Shown here: piece after piece, positions 60,651 to 64,000 of the stretch
How positions within the stretch are numbered: the stretch's first letter is position 1
Layout: every line of letters starts with the position of its first letter
Origin: an uncultured Chloroflexia bacterium
GTDB lineage: Bacteria > Chloroflexota > Limnocylindria > Limnocylindrales > CSP1-4
NCBI GenBank assembly: GCA_963742075.1
Contig: CAVUKR010000012.1
Coordinates: forward strand, 7,237 to 71,236
Direction: 5' to 3'
DNA length: 64,000 bases
Made by a program: the position numbers and the translations under genes
Notes under the pieces: generated by a model
What the model saw: the letters and a program-made list of their open reading frames with translations, nothing else
The model's database searches: none
What the model was told of the DNA's origin: nothing

Positions 60651-61529
60651 CCGTGGCGGCCGCGACGCGGACCGACGCCGCGCCGGGACGAACGAGACCG
60701 CGGGCGCCCGGCGGATCGCGGCGGCCTTCGCGCGCGCCCGATCCGAGGGCCGCTCGGCGCTGATCCCGTATGTCGTCGCCGGCTACCCGGACGCCGAGAC
60801 GAGCTTCGAGATCGCGCTCGCCGCGGCCGACGCCGGCGCCGACCTGCTCGAGGTCGGGCTCCCGTACTCCGACCCGCTCGCCGACGGCGCGACGCTCCAG
60901 CGCGCGTCGGGCGTCGCGCTGGCCGCCGGGGCTACGCTCGAGCGCTCGCTGCGCCTGATCGAGCGGATCGGCGCGGCGCGCCCCGGGCTCCCGCTCGTCC
61001 CGATGGGCTATGCCAACCAGGTCATCGGCGGCGGGGACGGCGAGGCGGTGGCGCGGCGGCTGGCGGGCGCCGGGGCGGCCGGGCTCATCGTCGCGGACCT
61101 GACGCCCGACGAGGGGGCGCCGTTCGAGGCGGTGGCACGCGCGGTCGGGCTCGCCGTCGTCTACCTCGTCGCGCCGACGACCCCGCCCGCCCGGCGCGCC
61201 GCGGTCGCTGCCCGGAGCGGCGGGTTCCTCTACTGCGTGTCGCTGGTCGGCGTCACCGGTGCCCGGGCCGCGCTGCCCGCGACCGTCGGGCGGCTCGTGC
61301 GGGACGTGAAGGCGGTCTCGCCGGTCCCGGTGGCTGTCGGGTTCGGCGTGAGCCGGCCCGCCCACGTCCGGGCGATCGCGAGGGCCGGCGCCGACGGCGT
61401 GATCGTCGCCTCGGCGCTGGTCGACGCGCTCGGCCCGGACGGTCGGGACGTCGCGAGGCTGGCGAAGCTCGTCGGCGAGCTCCGAGCCGCGACGCGACGA
61501 CGACGACGCGCGAGCGGGAACTGCGATGA
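60647..61529 (+). CDS. trpA: Tryptophan synthase alpha chain (indels near both ends)
   Basis: [53 protein letters not shown]. Confidence 0.92.
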
Positions 61530-62212
61530 GCACGTTCGACGAGCGGGCGAGCGACAAGGACTCGAGGACGATCGCCGTCTCCGTCGAGGCGACGCCCAAG
61601 AAGGCGTTCGCCAAGGCCGTCGACTGGCCGGGCTGGGCGCGCTCGGGCAAGACCGCCGAGCTTGCGCTCGCGGCGCTGGCGGGGTCCGCGTCGCGGTACG
61701 CCGTCGTCGCCGCCGAGGCGGATGAGGCGTTCGAGCCGGGCGCCTTCGACGTCGTCGAGGAGACCGGGGGCGGGAGCGGGACCGAGTTCGGCGTCCCGTC
61801 CGCGATCACCGACCTCGACCGCCGCCCCGTGACCGCGGCCGAGGCGGAGCGGCTGGCGCGCCTCGTCGAGGCTGCCTGGACCGTCTTCGACCGGGTCGCG
61901 GCGGGCGCCCCGGCGGAGCTCCGCAAGGGGCCCCGCGGTGGCGGTCGCGACCGCGACAAGATGATCGGCCACGTCGTCGAGTCCGACTGGTACTACGCCC
62001 GCGAGATGGGGATCCGCGAGAGGCAGCCCGATCCTGCCGACCGCGCCGCCGTGGCGGCGATCCGAGCCGCGATGCTCGAGGTGCTGCGCCGGCCGTCGGA
62101 CGGGTCTCCGCTGGCCGGACGGAAATGGCCGCCTCGCTACGCAGCGGCCCGGATCGCCTGGCACGCGCTCGACCACGCCTGGGAGATGGAGGACCGGAGC
62201 GAGCCCGGCTGA
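61526..62212 (+). CDS. Hypothetical protein with DinB-like C-terminal helical region
   Basis: DWPGWARSG; IGHVVESDWYY ... WHALDHAWEMED histidine pattern. Confidence 0.7.
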   Translation: MSTFDERASDKDSRTIAVSVEATPKKAFAKAVDWPGWARSGKTAELALAALAGSASRYAVVAAEADEAFEPGAFDVVEETGGGSGTEFGVPSAITDLDRRPVTAAEAERLARLVEAAWTVFDRVAAGAPAELRKGPRGGGRDRDKMIGHVVESDWYYAREMGIRERQPDPADRAAVAAIRAAMLEVLRRPSDGSPLAGRKWPPRYAAARIAWHALDHAWEMEDRSEPG

Positions 62213-62228
62213 GGGCCACGCTCGACGG

Positions 62229-63123
62229 CTAGCCCGCGAACAGCCGCCCGACCTCGGCCGCCTCGATCGAGCGGGGCGCATCGATCAGCCCGACCGCCGC
62301 GGCCGCCTCGCCGACGAGCGACGCCGCGCTCCGTCCGGCGGCGCGCAGGTCGCGGACCGAGGTGTCGGCATCGGCCTTCGAGAGCTTCCGGCCGTCGGGC
62401 CGGCGGATGAGCGGGTGATGCGCGAACGTCGCGGGCACCTCGCGTCCGAGCAGGCGGGCGAGCCGGATCTGGACCGGCGTCGCGGCCAGCAGGTCGCGGC
62501 CGCGGACGACGAGGTCGACGCCCTGACGCTGGTCATCGACGACGACCGAGAACCCGTAGGTCCAGTGCCCGGCGCGGTCGCGGATCGGGAGGTCGCCGTC
62601 GGCCCCGACCTCGTCGGCGCACGGCCCGACGACCGCATCCATCCAGCGCTCGGTCCCCCCGCCGAGCGCCGCACGAAGGACCGGGCCGTCGAGACCGCGC
62701 GACCGGCAGCCCCCCGGGCAGCCGGGCCCGTGCCAGTGCCGGCCGTGCTCGTGCGCCCAGGTCTCGAACGTCGTCCGCGTGCAGTCGCAGCCATAGACGA
62801 CGACCGCATCGCGGAGCCGGCCGAGCGCCGCGCTGTACGGCTCATCGTCGTCCGACTGGCAGACGGGCCCGGCGTCGGCGACGAACCCGAGCCAGGCCAG
62901 GTCCTCGAGCAGCGCCGCCTCGAACGCCGCACGCGACCGGGTCCGGTCGTGGTCCTCGATGCGCAGGAGGACCCGGCGTCCGGTCGTCGGCGGCCATGCC
63001 CCAGACCCAGATGGCGTTCGCGACGTGGCCGAGGTGCAGGTACCCGGTCGGAGCCGGCGCGAACCGGGTCCACGCGAGCGGATCCGGCGACCCGGCCGCG
63101 TCAGTCGACGTCGCCGCCTCCAC
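62229..63123 (-). CDS. gluQ: Glutamyl-Q tRNA(Asp) synthetase-like protein (frameshift near 62985; start uncertain)
   Basis: RFAPAPTGYLHLGH, LRIEDHD, CDCTR, VVDD, VVRGRDL, KLSK; no anticodon-binding domain. Confidence 0.85.
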
Positions 63124-63467
63124 GGCGCTCCGCTCGATCGCGGGCCCGATCCATCGCCTCGAGGGCTCGCGTGGCGGCCATCAGGCGGCGATAGAGGGCG
63201 AGGAGGTCGGCCTGCGGCATCGGGCCGGTGTTGGCCATCGTCACCCGGAGCAGGACCTCGCGTTCGCGCTCGGCATCGCGGATCGCGCGCCGGCCCCCGG
63301 CCGCCTTGGCCCGACCCGCCTCGCGGGCCAGCTCGGCGCGCTCGTTGAGCAGCCCGACGATGCGCCGATCGAGCGCGTCGATCCGGTGGCGGAGCCGCCG
63401 CAGCTCGGGCGTCTCGGCGTCTCGGGGTCTTGGGCGTCCGGATCGGGCGACCGGTCCGCTCAGTCAT
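63101..63467 (-). CDS. Chorismate mutase, AroQ-fold type II (one frameshift near the 5' end)
   Basis: LRRLRHRIDALDRRIVGLLNERAELAREAGRAK ... RDAEREREVL; not called as a single ORF in the track. Confidence 0.85.
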
Positions 63468-63900
63468 CGCCGCCACCGAACCGACGCGCGATCGACTCGA
63501 GCGCGAGGTGGTAGCCGCGGGCGCCCTGGCCGACGATGGACTCGAGCGCGATGTCGTGCAGGAAGTTGACCTGCCGGAAGGCCTCGCGCGCCCCCGGATC
63601 GGAGAGATGGACCTCGATGAACGGACGCTCGATCGCAAGCAGCGCGTCGCGGAGGGCGACGCTGGTGTGGGTCAGGCCGCCGGCGTTGACGATGGCGACG
63701 TCGAAATCGCGGCGGTGCAGCCGGTCGATCAGCGCGCCCTCGTGGTTCGACTGGAAGAAGTCGACCGCGAGCCCGAGCGCGGCCGCCCGGGCCGCGATCC
63801 CGGCGTGGATCTGCTCGAGCGTCTCGCGGCCGTAGATCTCCGGCTCGCGCGTGCCGACGAGGTTGAGGTTCGGACCCTCGAGGACGAGGACGTCGGTCAT
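63460..63900 (-). CDS. aroQ: Type II 3-dehydroquinate dehydratase
   Basis: GPNLNLVGTREPEIYG, QSNHEG, NAGGLTHTSVALRDA, EVHLS, REAFR. Confidence 0.95.
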   Translation of the reverse strand: MTDVLVLEGPNLNLVGTREPEIYGRETLEQIHAGIAARAAALGLAVDFFQSNHEGALIDRLHRRDFDVAIVNAGGLTHTSVALRDALLAIERPFIEVHLSDPGAREAFRQVNFLHDIALESIVGQGARGYHLALESIARRFGGGDD

Positions 63901-64000
63901 CGCGGGCTCCCAGCCGCGGCCCGTCCGGTCGCGCCATCGGCCAGCAGGCTGGCCGCGGCGCGTTCGACCATCGCCGGCTCGATATCGTCGCGGACGATGA
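63897..64000 (-). CDS. 3' end of an upstream gene, possibly 3-dehydroquinate synthase
   Basis: Frame IVRDDIEPAMVERAAASLL..SPR* with ATGA overlap on aroQ; identity inferred from context only. Confidence 0.4.
   Translation of the reverse strand, partial: IVRDDIEPAMVERAAASLLADGATGRAAAGSPR

Overview
Very GC-rich, gene-dense bacterial chromosomal region. Gene content (class I LysRS, T-box-controlled trp operon, GAAC-N4-GTTC-type SOS box, many apparently leaderless genes) fits a high-GC Chloroflexota lineage, but that is inference. In order it holds: an AcuC-type deacetylase fused to a GNAT domain; a DNA-repair neighbourhood (MUG/TDG glycosylase, long Lhr helicase, Fpg/Nei); a cyanophycin locus (cphB-cphA1 plus a convergent CphA paralogue that lacks the ATP-grasp domain and is divergently paired with an M20 peptidase and RidA); azlCD, GGT, DegV and gdh; coaX-coaBC-panB-panC; an NCS2 permease, M16 peptidase and ndk; two orphan antiporter/Hyf-like membrane subunits; lepB, hppA, uppP, argR, greA, lysS (class I), serS and tRNA-Ser(UGA); a GGDEF/HD-GYP gene with a PT-rich surface protein; a Trp T-box followed by trpE-G-D-(C-F-B fusion)-A; and gluQ, chorismate mutase and aroQ. 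No CRISPR array, transposase, integrase or rRNA was seen. Single-base frameshifts become frequent after about 37 kb, including in essential genes, so they are most likely read or assembly indels. The most interesting signals are the N+M-only cyanophycin-synthetase paralogue system, the deacetylase-acetyltransferase fusion, the TrpC-TrpF-TrpB triple fusion, and two diverged copies of an ERIC/RPE-like structured intergenic element.
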